A DNA stretch of 64,000 nucleotides from Ascidiella aspersa (taxonomy: Eukaryota). The stretch is taken from the NCBI GenBank assembly GCA_963924565.1, contig OZ004608.1, forward strand, positions 9,362,001-9,426,000. The letters are read 5' to 3'. The notes under the pieces were generated by a model, which searched no databases, was not told the origin of the DNA, and saw nothing but the letters and a program-made list of their open reading frames with translations. Made by a program: the position numbers and the translations under genes. Positions 13,529 to 24,345 of the stretch are shown piece after piece. Position 1 is the first letter of the stretch, and each line of letters opens with the position of its first letter.

Positions 13529-16384
13529 ATGATTTTTGATTACATTTGGCAGCACACCAACTTTTACGTTGCACTCACATTCGTCGTAACCTTGTTGGTG
13601 GTCTATCTTCTACATTTGAAGTCATCAAGAACCCATCTTCCTTCTGGGCCGTTTGGGGTTCCATTTCTTGGCAGTGTGCCCTTTGTGGGAAGCAGGGCCG
13701 ACCTGACTTTCGGGAAATGGGCAGACAAGTACGGCCCCGTGATGTACCTTAAAATGGGAATGCAACCGACGGTCATTTTGAGCAGCTACGAGGCAGTTCA
13801 ACAGGCATCGTTTTAACCATGAAACATTCCAATGTAAGTCTATGAAATAACTGTTTTTACTTTTGTATGGCGCAGACTTTCATTAAGCAATCTGCCAAAT
13901 TCAATGGAAGGATTACAAATTCCTACACGAAGGAAATTACGGAAAACTCCGGCGTCATATTTTGCAATGAATTGGACAAATGGAAGATTTATAGGAAATT
14001 TGGTCATAAAGTTCTTGGAAAGTGAGACACTGCATTTTTTTTACAAAACTATTAAAGATCAACGAAACATTTTGTATACATGTCATGCTTTATTCAAAAA
14101 ATAATATAAATTTTTAGCTCTTAAATTTTTTATGTTTCTAGCTCTGAACTGCTAGGCGGTGGAATCGAGAAGGCTGTGAAAACAGAAGCTGAAAACTTAT
14201 GTGAACTCATTAGGAATAAAGCGGGACCAGGATTTATATTGGAGGTTTTTTTCAAATATTTTTTTTTGTAATGAAAAATGTAAAACTTACTTTTTTTAAA
14301 TATAAGTTCTAACCTTCAACTATGTAAATATTCTGTACATAGGGTCATCTGAATATTTCCATAGGAGATGTTTTACTTAAAATATTGACAGGAGAGACAA
14401 TTTCTGATTCAAGTTACAAAAATATGAAAACTATGTTTGACAATGTCTTATATGGGTACGTTTTTTGCTATATGGACAATGGCAGAACAATCTGTAGCTA
14501 TAGTTAAAGGGATAACCTAGTTTGAAATAAGTGATAATATTTAAAACATTTGCTTGAATTACTTTATATGAAAATAAAATTGATCTTGATCCCTGTTTAG
14601 GTTTCAAGTACATAGAGTTGCATACCTGGTGTTCTTGCTTTTTCCATGGGCACGTCTGTTTCCACCTTTTTCAAAACACTTCAAATTAATGCTTGAAGAA
14701 AAGAAAATGGCAGATGGTACAATTCTTCTACAATATTTTCTAACTAAACCCATGTTTTTGAAAAGTTACTGTTATTTCGGCAATTTGTTTTTATTTTTAT
14801 ATTTCCTAATTAATAATTTTTTATAGATCTTATGCAGATGATAATTAAAGATCACATGAAAGATTTTGATCCGAACCATTATCGAGATTTGATTGATTTA
14901 TACTTAGATGAAATGAAACAGCAAAAGTTTGGTTTTGATGTAAGTTTAAGGCAAAGTTGGCAATAAGCATAGTACGAATATTAAAGCCCAGACAGAAGTA
15001 GGTAATTTCAGCATGTTGAAAATGAATCAAGAGTTATTCGAAACATTCAAAATGTTACCTACTTCTGTGTGGGCTTTGACATACAACCCTCCATTTTTTT
15101 TTCATCCATCTTATTACAATACTGGGACTTGAATAAAATTGTGTCCTGTCTTTAAGGTGGGTCATTTAAGCTATTTCTTGAAAGACCTTATAGCAGCGGG
15201 TGTCGAAACTAGTGCAACTACTATTCGCTGGATCCTTTTTCATTTAATTACTTACCCAGAAATTCAAGAGAAAGTTCACAAAGAAATTGATCAAGTTATT
15301 GGTGAGTAATTTAGTTATCGTTAAGTGAAAAATAATGTTTAAAAGCCTATAGTTTAATAAAACCAATATCAGGTAGGAATGGTTGTGTAAGCAATAGAGC
15401 TGAACTTCACTACACAAGAGCAGTAATACAAGAGGTGTTTCGATGTAAGGCAGCAGTCCCACTTAGCATCCCTCGCAGGACCACAGAAGATGTGCAATTT
15501 ATGGGCTTCACAATCCCGAAAAATACCCAGGTTTGAGAAGTGATTATAAAAATAAACAAACTGTATTTTTTGGAGATTTCTAAACATTTCCTGGTTTAAC
15601 ACTGGGTAGTACTTTGACAGAGTAAGTGCTGAACTATTTGTAATCTTACAAAGGTTTGATAGTAAACAATCTAGATAAGTGCAATTTCGCCCATGACTTA
15701 TTAATTATATACTAAGTTTAACAAGCATATGTAATTAGTTAAAAACCACTGAGATATATTTAAAAAATAACATCCTTCTACTAACAATTGTTTTCATAAC
15801 TTGGTAATTAAATGCAAAGTCAAAAGGTTAAGTAAATCGACATCATCTTGATTAAAATGTTGCAGAAGTTCCAGCTTTCGAAATTCAAGCTATAGCGCTA
15901 TAATGTTATACATCTTAATCAAGATGTCGATCTACTCAACCTTTTTTGGCTTTGCAATTAATTATTATCAAGCTACATTACCAATCTGTGCATAGTGTGC
16001 CCAAGTACTGTAAAGTAGTTAATTAAGTAGGTACCTGGCAGAGAATCAGAAACCATGTTTAAATATGTTTAGGTAATAGCAAATATTTGGAAGGTGCACC
16101 AAGACCCAGCTACCTGGACCAATCCCCACATTTTTGACCCAGAGAGACACCTGGATGAAAATGGCAGGTTTATAAAATCAAACAAGATAATGCCTTTTTC
16201 AGATGGACAGCGGAATTGTTTGGGGAAGCATCTGGCAATGACAGAGATATTTCTATTTGTAGTGACAATTTTGCAAAGATTCAAAGTGTGCACAAATCCA
16301 GGCAATGAAAAGCCTTCACTGGAGGGAATACTGGGGGTTGTATATTATCCAAAGAAATTTCCAATGTTGTTTGAGGAGCGATAA
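13529..16384 (+). CDS. Cytochrome P450, clan 2 / CYP2-like (CYP-C), 9 exons, ~493 aa; intron 1 needs a GC donor
   Basis: Exons 13529-13804, 13876-14021, 14142-14244, 14343-14455, 14601-14716, 14827-14939, 15157-15301, 15373-15530, 16073-16384. Exon sizes identical to CYP-A. Motifs AAGVETS, EVFR, FDPERH, FSDGQRNCLG. Confidence 0.88.
15804..15964. mobile_element. Fold-back MITE in CYP-C intron 8; related copies in Fringe intron 4 (~27729-27970, ~41730-41930, ~57250-57450)
   Basis: ~55-bp imperfect inverted arms TAATTAAATGCAAAGTCAAAAGGTTAAGTAAATCGACATC... / ...GATGTCGATCTACTCAACCTTTTTTGGCTTTGCAATTAATTA. Confidence 0.65.
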
Positions 16385-16537
16385 GAAAATCAAAAATGCT
16401 TAAATGCACCTTCTGATTTCAGTTCACAAAGCTTGCAGTCGTGGAGTCCTGTTGTTATCTTACACCCTTGCATATGTCATACTAGTTTCACGCTTGACAA
16501 TTGCGATTTTTGTAAATTGAATTTAGAGGAGAAAAGG

Positions 16538-17632
16538 TTTATTAGATTACAAAATTTAATAAAAGTAAAATTTTAACCATTGAGAAATTATTTTTATACA
16601 AGCATTGTTAAACATTATTTGAAAATGAGCATTAAAACTGTAACCACATTTATCAACAGAAGTCATTACACACAAGAATAGTTTTTTTTAACAGCATTAT
16701 ATTGTCTCACCTCACCTAGTTCAATTACCTTCAATTTTGTTGTTTGGTGTATTATGTGCTGCCATCCATCTTGATCTGGAGTTAAGTGATCCTTAAGGAA
16801 TGAGATCTTGTTAAATGTCCCATCTGCATTATAGTACTGCAACACACATACTTTTAAAAGCTAAAAAAAAGATTTAATGGTAAAATGGATATCTTTTCAT
16901 AAATCCCCGTGCTCAAAATTTAAGATAAATTGATGAAAACTAAATAATAAATCGGATTTTCACTGAATAAAAGATTTTGCTTGGTGGAAGAATGCTAAGA
17001 ATACTGGCAAATTGGAGACGATGTTGGGTGAAGAATAAACCAAAACTGAGGAAATGCGGATCAGGAAAAATAACTTTAAATAATTTTTTTAGTTAAAAAA
17101 CGCTCAGGGTTGTACACACATAGTCAATCTAATACTGTTTTAAAGTTTTTAATATACTATAGTGCCATTCAGAAAAAAGTCACAAGGCTGGCAATATTCT
17201 GTCAGCCTGTATATAACATTGTATTTCTTAGTAGTTTCCTGTTTTTTCTGGTATAAAAATATCTGACAGGAGTACAGTTATTAAAATTTGTTTTTTGAGT
17301 TATGGGCGGGGATAATAGAACATAGCTCATTTCAGTGACATTTAGTTCTGTTAAATGTGATTGGTTAACTGCTCTAAAGTAGACTAGTTAATTTCCCTGA
17401 CAGCTATATAATTTTTTTCTATACATAATTTGACCAATTTTAAGTCTCACCCCTACACCAACACCTTTCTCTGTTGAGTTTTAGTACATGTAGAGGTTAT
17501 GTCTATCAGTTTGTTAATAAAATAGCGTTGTCTGGCACAATGCACAATGAAATACCTTTGTAGTGAGGTCCCTTCATTTTCAGTAAGTTTTAGACTTCAG
17601 CCATATTGGCCAGTGTCACAAACAACCACACC
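16538..17632 (-). pseudogene. Putative decayed multi-exon gene of unknown family, antisense between CYP-C and CYP-D
   Basis: GT-AG-bounded minus-strand segments 17556-17632, 17451-17502, 17322-17403, 17158-17262, 16711-16836. The last two are open and phase-compatible (IFLYQKKQETTKKYNVIYRLTEYCQPCDFFLNGTI-YYNADGTFNKISFLKDHLTPDQDGWQHIIHQTTKLKVIELGE). The upstream ones carry 2 stops and a 1-nt frameshift. Minus-strand AATAAA at ~16538-16543. Confidence 0.4.
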
Positions 17633-17658
17633 CTTAAACAAATGTTTACGAATTTGAC

Positions 17659-17776
17659 GCAGGTCTAGAATCCTACCACTTCTTTTGTAGTAATGAAACG
17701 AGTTGTTAAAATTGAAAATTGTAAGCAGTTGGCAATATACAGCACGGCGAAAATGTGGTAGGATCCTAGACCACTG
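17659..17776. mobile_element. Small MITE
   Basis: Inverted ends GGTCTAGAATCCTACCAC / GTGGTAGGATCCTAGACC; a second right end at ~17943-17960. Confidence 0.5.
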
Positions 17777-17859
17777 CCCATCTTTTTAAGTAGCCTAAAG
17801 GGTTGTCAAAATTAAAATTACAACGAAGAGATAAATTTTGGAGAATAAATATAATAACA

Positions 17860-18260
17860 ATAGTACTTGACTAACAAGAACCCAAACGCCAAATCGCACC
17901 CGATCCCAAATAATTTTAGCAATGTAAATCCTTGGACAAAATGTGGTAGGATTTTAGACCAGCGCCACGAATTTTGTGTTTCCTATTATTGTCATCAGGA
18001 TTATAAAAACTTAAAAAGACCAACCAAAATCTTGCGTAGTTTTTGTTTAAACGGTTCAAACTACCTTTCTGCCAGCAAAAAACGGCGGGCAAACTTGTTT
18101 TGCACGTTTCGCCAATCAAGTGATTTGCTTTTAACCACGTGGTTTTTGCGGTCGCTAGGCAAAGACCTTAGCGGGGCGCCCCAACTGAAGCGGAACGAAT
18201 GTCAACAAACTTGTTCTTCATCGAGAGCAACACATGCAATCATGAATTGCAGAAAGTTGT
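17860..18260. promoter_or_regulatory. CpG-rich island, candidate bidirectional promoter (CYP-D and the antisense cryptic gene)
   Basis: Locally CpG-dense between CpG-poor flanks. Contains CCAAT (gccaatca ~18111), E-box CCACGTGG (~18135) and GC-rich motifs. Minus-strand donor at ~18064; plus-strand acceptor ttgacag at ~19048 before the CYP-D ATG. Confidence 0.4.
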
Positions 18261-18268
18261 AATTTCAG

Positions 18269-18705
18269 CAGTGTGGTTAGGGCTTGTGTCAAAGCGCACA
18301 TAAGTGTTTTTCAAATGCCTTGATTTGGACTTGGTTGTAATTAAGTCTTTACATTTAACATTTTTTTATATTATAAATTAGGCTATTTAATTTATTTTTT
18401 GCATTTAATATGATTAGATTGCTACATGTGGTTTTTTGTTTGGTTTTAGTTTAATTATTGCTCACTTTCGGACGATTACCTATTTCAATTGTTTATTGTT
18501 ATATCTTTATATCAATGATTTACCTATTGACTTGAGTGGAACTTGACTTTAACAGGTATCTTGGATTGGGAGTTGACCTTGGCGATGCAAAGTGTCATGT
18601 ATTTTATAAGGACTTGACCTGGAATTAAGTTATTGTACATATAACTTGACTGCTACTAAAGACATTTTTAAATTTCGGTGACAGACCGTGATTTGACTAA
18701 CAATA
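18269..18705. mobile_element. Degenerate (TGACT)n MITE upstream of CYP-D
   Basis: CAGTGTGG start and degenerate TGACT/TGACC arrays. Confidence 0.45.
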
Positions 18706-19085
18706 GTAAAATCCAGCCCATTCAATGATTAAGTTCATGACCTGTAATAAAGCAATGGTTTAAATTTTGAGTCAATGAGTAACATATTTTTTGTAACATT
18801 TGGGTGTTTCAATTTGTTTTCACAAACACCTGTAGTTAAATATTATTATAAATTATAACTCTCTTATTTTTTGTTAGCTTTAAAACATGTAATGGGTGGC
18901 ATTTAAATTCAATGTGTAACAAAATGCGAAAGTTTGTAGATTTGCAGTGCTCTGCTAAACAGTTAACTTTAGCAAATAAATTTCCAAATATATAATTGTT
19001 TTATAGTGGGAATTATTTAATTGTTTATCAATCTTTTTTGATTGACAGGCTTTTGTAAAACAAATAAAACAACAGCAAGCCAAAT

Positions 19086-22000
19086 ATGGTGCTAGTCCTG
19101 CTGTGGAATTGGTTGTCTTCCAATGTTGCTTTATTGGCAACCACAGTCGTGTTTCTTTTCCTTGTTAAAAAATACTTTTTCTCCAAATCTTCTCTTCCCC
19201 CTGGACCTTTTGCTCTGCCATTTCTTGGAAGCCTGCCATTTATCGACAAAAGAGCAGAAAAAACTTTTGCCAAATGGGCAGATGAGTATGGTCCAGTTAT
19301 GTACGTTCAACTCGGAAGCAGTCCAACTATTATTTTGAGCAGCTATGAAGCCATTGAGACGGTTGGTCAGATTAATGAGGACTTTGTTCTTTAAACCAAT
19401 GGTTAGTTTTATACAACACTAATTATTTGTTTTGGAAATATAGGCCTTTGTGAAACAAGCACTAAAATTTAATGGAAGGTACACAACTTTTTTCACTGAT
19501 GTATCAACTGAAAGCTCAGGAATTGTGTTTTTGAATGACATGGCCAAATGGATTATCCATCGGAGATTTGGATTAAGGGCTATTGGAAGGTATATTTCAA
19601 TTGCTTTTAAGTATTTCGATTCTTGTCCTTTTAAAATAAAAATTGTAGGGGCAAACAACTAAGTTTAACATTGTAAAAAGAACAAAAACACATATATAAA
19701 GGTAGATACCACTTGACTATTAATCTAGAAACTTTATAACTCAATATAGTGCTGGACAATTGGGAAACAACATAGAGCAAAGTGTTCAGGAAGAAGCAAA
19801 CCTTTTCTGTGAAGTGATCAGAAGCAAGAAGGGAGAGCCATTTATTGTCGAAGTATGTGGAAATTAAAATTGTGAATAGGAATTTATTGACGTTTGATAA
19901 AGTAAGGTGTTTATTCAGTTAACCCTAATACAGTCTAGTAAAACACTTATTTATGGGTTTGATATTTACACTGTTTTGTTATTGAATATTTTCAATATCA
20001 TTTGAAAAATTTCTGTAAAAAAACATTTTAATGTTATTGTAGAAAGTCCTTATTCTGGCAATTGCCAATGTTATAACAAGCATAACTATTGGCGAACGAA
20101 CTGAGCAGTCAAAGTACAAGTTAGATGAAGCATTTTTACAAACTATTGAAAGGTACTTAATATATGATAATCTTTAAACAAAGTTGGAAATCATTTACAT
20201 AAAAAAAGTTTTTTTAAATTGTATTACTATTTTGTAAATTCGTTTTTCTATATTAATTTTTATAGCTTTCGCAAAGATGGATTTGCTTACATCATGCTGT
20301 CTGTGTTTCCATTGAGTCGCTTTTTTCCTCCCATTTCTAAGAATTATAAACATTTGTTGTTTTCAAAGCATGAAGGGGATGGTAATGTTTTTAAGTGTTT
20401 CCTTTGGTAGTTATTTTGTTGCTTTTTTTTTATTTTTATGTTTATTTTTAGTTAGGATGATGGAAATTCTTAACGACCATGAAGAAGTCTTTGACAGAAA
20501 CCACCCAAGAGATATAACTGATCTTTACCTAAAAGAAATGAAAGACAACAAGTTTGGATTTGATGTACGACTTTATTATGACACTTACTCTAAAAACCTG
20601 TGTGTTAGGTAAAAATGTTCTTTAAATATACCAAACTAGATTCATGGAAAGAGCAAAACAAGGGACGTGACCTTAAGTGTTTATCAAAAATTACCAGAAA
20701 TAAAGAAACCAAGATTCAATGCTTTTAGGCAATTTAAGCCAATAACTCCTTATGCGGTCAAATATTTGCATTTATAATTATAGATAAAGCATTTGTGCCA
20801 GTACCTAAAAGACATGCATGCGGCAGGAACTGAAACAACCACCACCACTGTAAGATGGGCTCTTATCCAGCTCGTTAAGTTTCCTGAAATTCAGAAACGC
20901 GTTCAGAGGGAAATCGACAATGTTGCAGGTAAAATACTACTATTCTATTAATACAGATTTTGACCACGGCCAAAATAGAAAGAAGTCTGGTATAAAATGA
21001 AAGTTTTACAGAAGTCATGTAAATAGACCAAGTAGGATGTGAATGTTAAACTTTGTTTGTTTAAAATCGTTTGTGTTAACGTTTGTACGTGCACTTCTTG
21101 ATTCAATTCATCACTATTGACATCGATGTTGTTTTAAAGCAATGACTGTGCATTAAGTTTGTTGGCGATGCAGAGTGTCAGTAAACGGTACACTTTGTCC
21201 AGTTGTCGTCCTTTGTCAATAGTTAACGAACGTGCAATCGTGCTGCTTCTGTCATCACCATGTGGTTTTGTTGATCGTTGCCAAGTGTGTAACAACATCA
21301 ATGATACATTTTAGTTTCCGTTTTGAAATGTAATTTTATGAGATCGGTGACGTACTTTTAGCTATTCCTAGTTGTTTTTTTGTCAATTAACGGCGGGTAA
21401 AGCAACATTCTAGGATATAGAGTAGACTACAAACGGAATCGAACTGTGTTCCCTGTAATACAATATTATTTTTTAAATTTTTCTTTTTAGCTGGTCTTAT
21501 GCCTGGGTATTGGTATGGCAACTCATAACTAAGTCTGTGACATAATTCGCAGTCAATCAATTCCCATTGTTAAAAAAATGTTTAAAAGTGCACCACTTTA
21601 TGTAAACAATCAGGGCGCGACGGTCGTCTGAGCATCAACTCTGACCTACCTTACACGAAAGCGGTCGTTCAGGAGGTCTACCGCTGCCACACGGTGGTGC
21701 CCTTGAGCGTGCCGCGACGTACGACCGAAGAAGCGGAACTGATGGGCTACAAGATACCCAAGAACACCCAGGTAAAGAATTAAAAAGCGTTTAAAATAAG
21801 CCTGGTTGTCAAAAAATGGGAAACAGCACTAGTTATTTTTTCACTAGATTTGTGAGAGCGACGGTTTTGTTATGTGGACTTCGTTTTTACTGACTTTGCT
21901 ACATTGAGCATTTGACGTTTCTATGGCAACTAGTATTATACATTTTGTTCTCGTGAAAGAATATCAGTGTTGTACTGAATGAAGTCAATGACATCATTTT

Positions 22001-23755
22001 ACGTAAATCAATGTTTTTGAAAGACTTGCCGATGCGACTAAAGTCGTTTGAGTAAATGACCTTTTTAGAGGGTTGAATTTTTCCACATAAAATAGTTTGC
22101 TTGTTAACTGTAGCGTTTTTGATATTTTTTGTTAAGTTTATAATCGTAACAGTTTACAAATTTTATTGTGAGTTATTGATAACGTGTTGTCCCTCAATAC
22201 TGGTGCGTTACTTGCTGTAAATGGTGTCAGGACAAAAGGTATTCTTCAGTAGTAAGACTGTCACCTGATTGTCGTTAAAGCAACAATAATAATAATAAAA
22301 TCTTGACGCCGCTTGCAGGTGATCCCGAACCTGTGGAAGATCCACCATGACTCAAACCTCTGGAAGCATCCGCACCAGTTCCGGCCCAGCAGGCACCTTG
22401 ACGCTGCCGGCAAGTTTGTCAAGTCGCCCTACGTTATTCCCTTCTCAATCGGTCAGCGCAACTGCCTGGGCGAAAACCTGGCCAGAATCGAGGTTAGGCT
22501 TTGTTCTTTTTTTGGAATAAATGTAAGACTGAACAAAGGCAAAAGGATTGGGACAGCATTCTCTTTCGATTCGACCAAAAATGTGGTCGAGTGGTTTAGA
22601 ATTCATTTGTGCCTCTACAAATTTGGGCCCGACATATTAAACTGCATGACAGATAGCGTTTTTCTACACGACTCTTGTTATTTATAGGTGGTCAGCCATC
22701 CAAGTTCTAATTAACCAGTATTATGGTTGCTCAGGTGCATTCAACCTCGTAGCCTTTAAAAACCTTTTATTGACCCAATGGTCAGATTCAGATTTATTTT
22801 ATTACGTGCAATAAAGTTGTCGTGTTCTTGTAACAAAAAAATCTATAAAAAAGGAAACTTTACGAATACTTCTATTTTATGTTTGCTACATTATATCATA
22901 ACCAAACACAATTAAATCTGTGAAACTGACGCATAACAAAGTTTATTCACGTATAAATACATGTGTTTCTTTTCAATTTTTTCTCTATGTCGTCGGGGTT
23001 CATTTGTGTTGCATTCAGACGCGGTTAAAATTGCCACTCTGCCCTCTCTTTAACTTGAAAAAGGTTAAAATCTTAATGTCCTAAATTAAAATCCGTGATG
23101 TCCACATGCAGGTTTTTTTTAAGGTTTGGTTTGGGTGACCGCTAAGTAGTTTTAAGAGACCGCAATTGTATGAATTATTCGACAGCGCTCAGCTTAAATG
23201 ATTGTGACAGCGACCAAACAGCCTGCCCAACACGGCCGCCAAACAAGTTTGCTGCACAATCAAACAAAGTGTGCTTGTTGGCTTCTGCTTGTTATGTTTT
23301 CACACGTAAAAACTGATCATTATGCGCCATAAATCAGAAATAAACATTGACGAGTTTCGAAGGTGCACTTCTTTTGTGAATAACTCTTTGATTCAGCTGT
23401 TAGCTGTACCTCCACTTATTCTTTTTTCCGAACGTGAACTATTGATCGTAGGCTATATTCGTATTATCGACAAGACATAGCGAGAAACAACCATTACTTT
23501 TCTACTGTAGTTGCAAGTCCAAATTTGGGGAAACCGCTGGAGAAATTTGGGGGACCGTTCAACATTCTCTTTTGTGTCCTACTAATGCTAACAATTGTAC
23601 ATTTTGCGTTGTTGAAGGTCTTCGTCTTCGTTGCCACCATCTTGCAGAAGTTTAGAATCCTACCCGACCCAGACAATCCCATTCCTATAACAGATGGGAT
23701 ATTGGGCGTGGTCTACGCTCCTCATCACTATAAGATGAAGTTCGAGGAACGCTAA
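19086..23755 (+). CDS. Cytochrome P450, clan 2 / CYP2-like (CYP-D), 10 exons, ~492 aa; more divergent paralog
   Basis: Exons 19086-19361, 19444-19589, 19750-19852, 20043-20152, 20266-20381, 20452-20564, 20784-20928, 21614-21771, 22319-22492, 23618-23755 (1479 nt). Motifs PPGP, AAGTETT, EVYR, FRPSRH, FSIGQRNCLG. Confidence 0.92.
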
Positions 23756-24088
23756 ACGATTAGAGATCACCTCCTTTTGTCAATACTCACATGGTCGCGG
23801 TGCTATAGGCATATTTCTGTTTTTTTGACAGGAGCCCGGAAATATATGGGAAAATTTTAAAATGTAAAACAAATCAATTCTAAAAACAAACCTCTTTTCG
23901 ATTAGTGACTTTTTGTCGTTCAATTCGCCTGGGTTTGTTCGAAAAAAAGTATATATTTTAATGTGTATACGTTGCTCTCTGTTTCTTTCGTTTGGCGATC
24001 ACTAACCTTCAAACTATTTTATAAAATTTCTGGTTGTTTTGCTATTGTATATAATCTCGGCATGTCGTGTAATAATTCTGTTGCCGCC

Positions 24089-24345
24089 AAATTACACGTT
24101 TACTAACCGCGCATCCGCTTTTTTTAATCGCAAAATGTTTTACTAACTTTTGCCAACAATGCAAATTTGTCAAATTACACGTTTACTAACCGCGCATCCG
24201 CTTTTTTTAATCGCAAAATGTTTTACTAACTTTTGCCAACAATGCAAATTTGTCAAATTACACGTTAACTAACCGCGTATCCGCTTTTTTTAATCGCAAA
24301 TTTTTACACTACAATCACACTTTTACCAACAATGCAAATTTGTCT
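24089..24345. repeat. ~82-bp tandem repeat x3 in the 3' flank of CYP exon 10 (also ~36361-36622 x3, ~49338-49430 x1)
   Basis: Unit AAATTACACGTTTACTAACCGCGCATCCGCTTTTTTTAATCGCAAA...CCAACAATGCAAATTTGTC; aattacac core at ~24091, 24173 and 24256. Confidence 0.8.

Noticed and set aside
4532-16305. Recurrent antisense ORFs over the CYP last exons (4532-4714, 11001-11183, 16069-16305)
   Set aside because: Explained by codon structure and paralogy of the sense exon; no independent splice or start signals.
16925-16970. C/D box snoRNA (TGATGA...CTGA)
   Set aside because: Boxes only ~35 nt apart, no terminal stem and no recognisable rRNA guide.
17556-17632. In-frame TGA in CDTGQYG* read as selenocysteine
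   Set aside because: The next exon has a TAA in the same frame and a later exon is frameshifted. The only AUGA..AAA candidate downstream (~16650-16668, minus) lacks the 3' GA quartet of a SECIS.
17867-18262. 131-aa plus-strand ORF
   Set aside because: Non-ATG start, overlaps a MITE end and a CpG-rich promoter-like region, no recognisable domain.
24089-24345. CRISPR-like array
   Set aside because: Head-to-tail tandem units without unique spacers, no cas genes, eukaryotic context.
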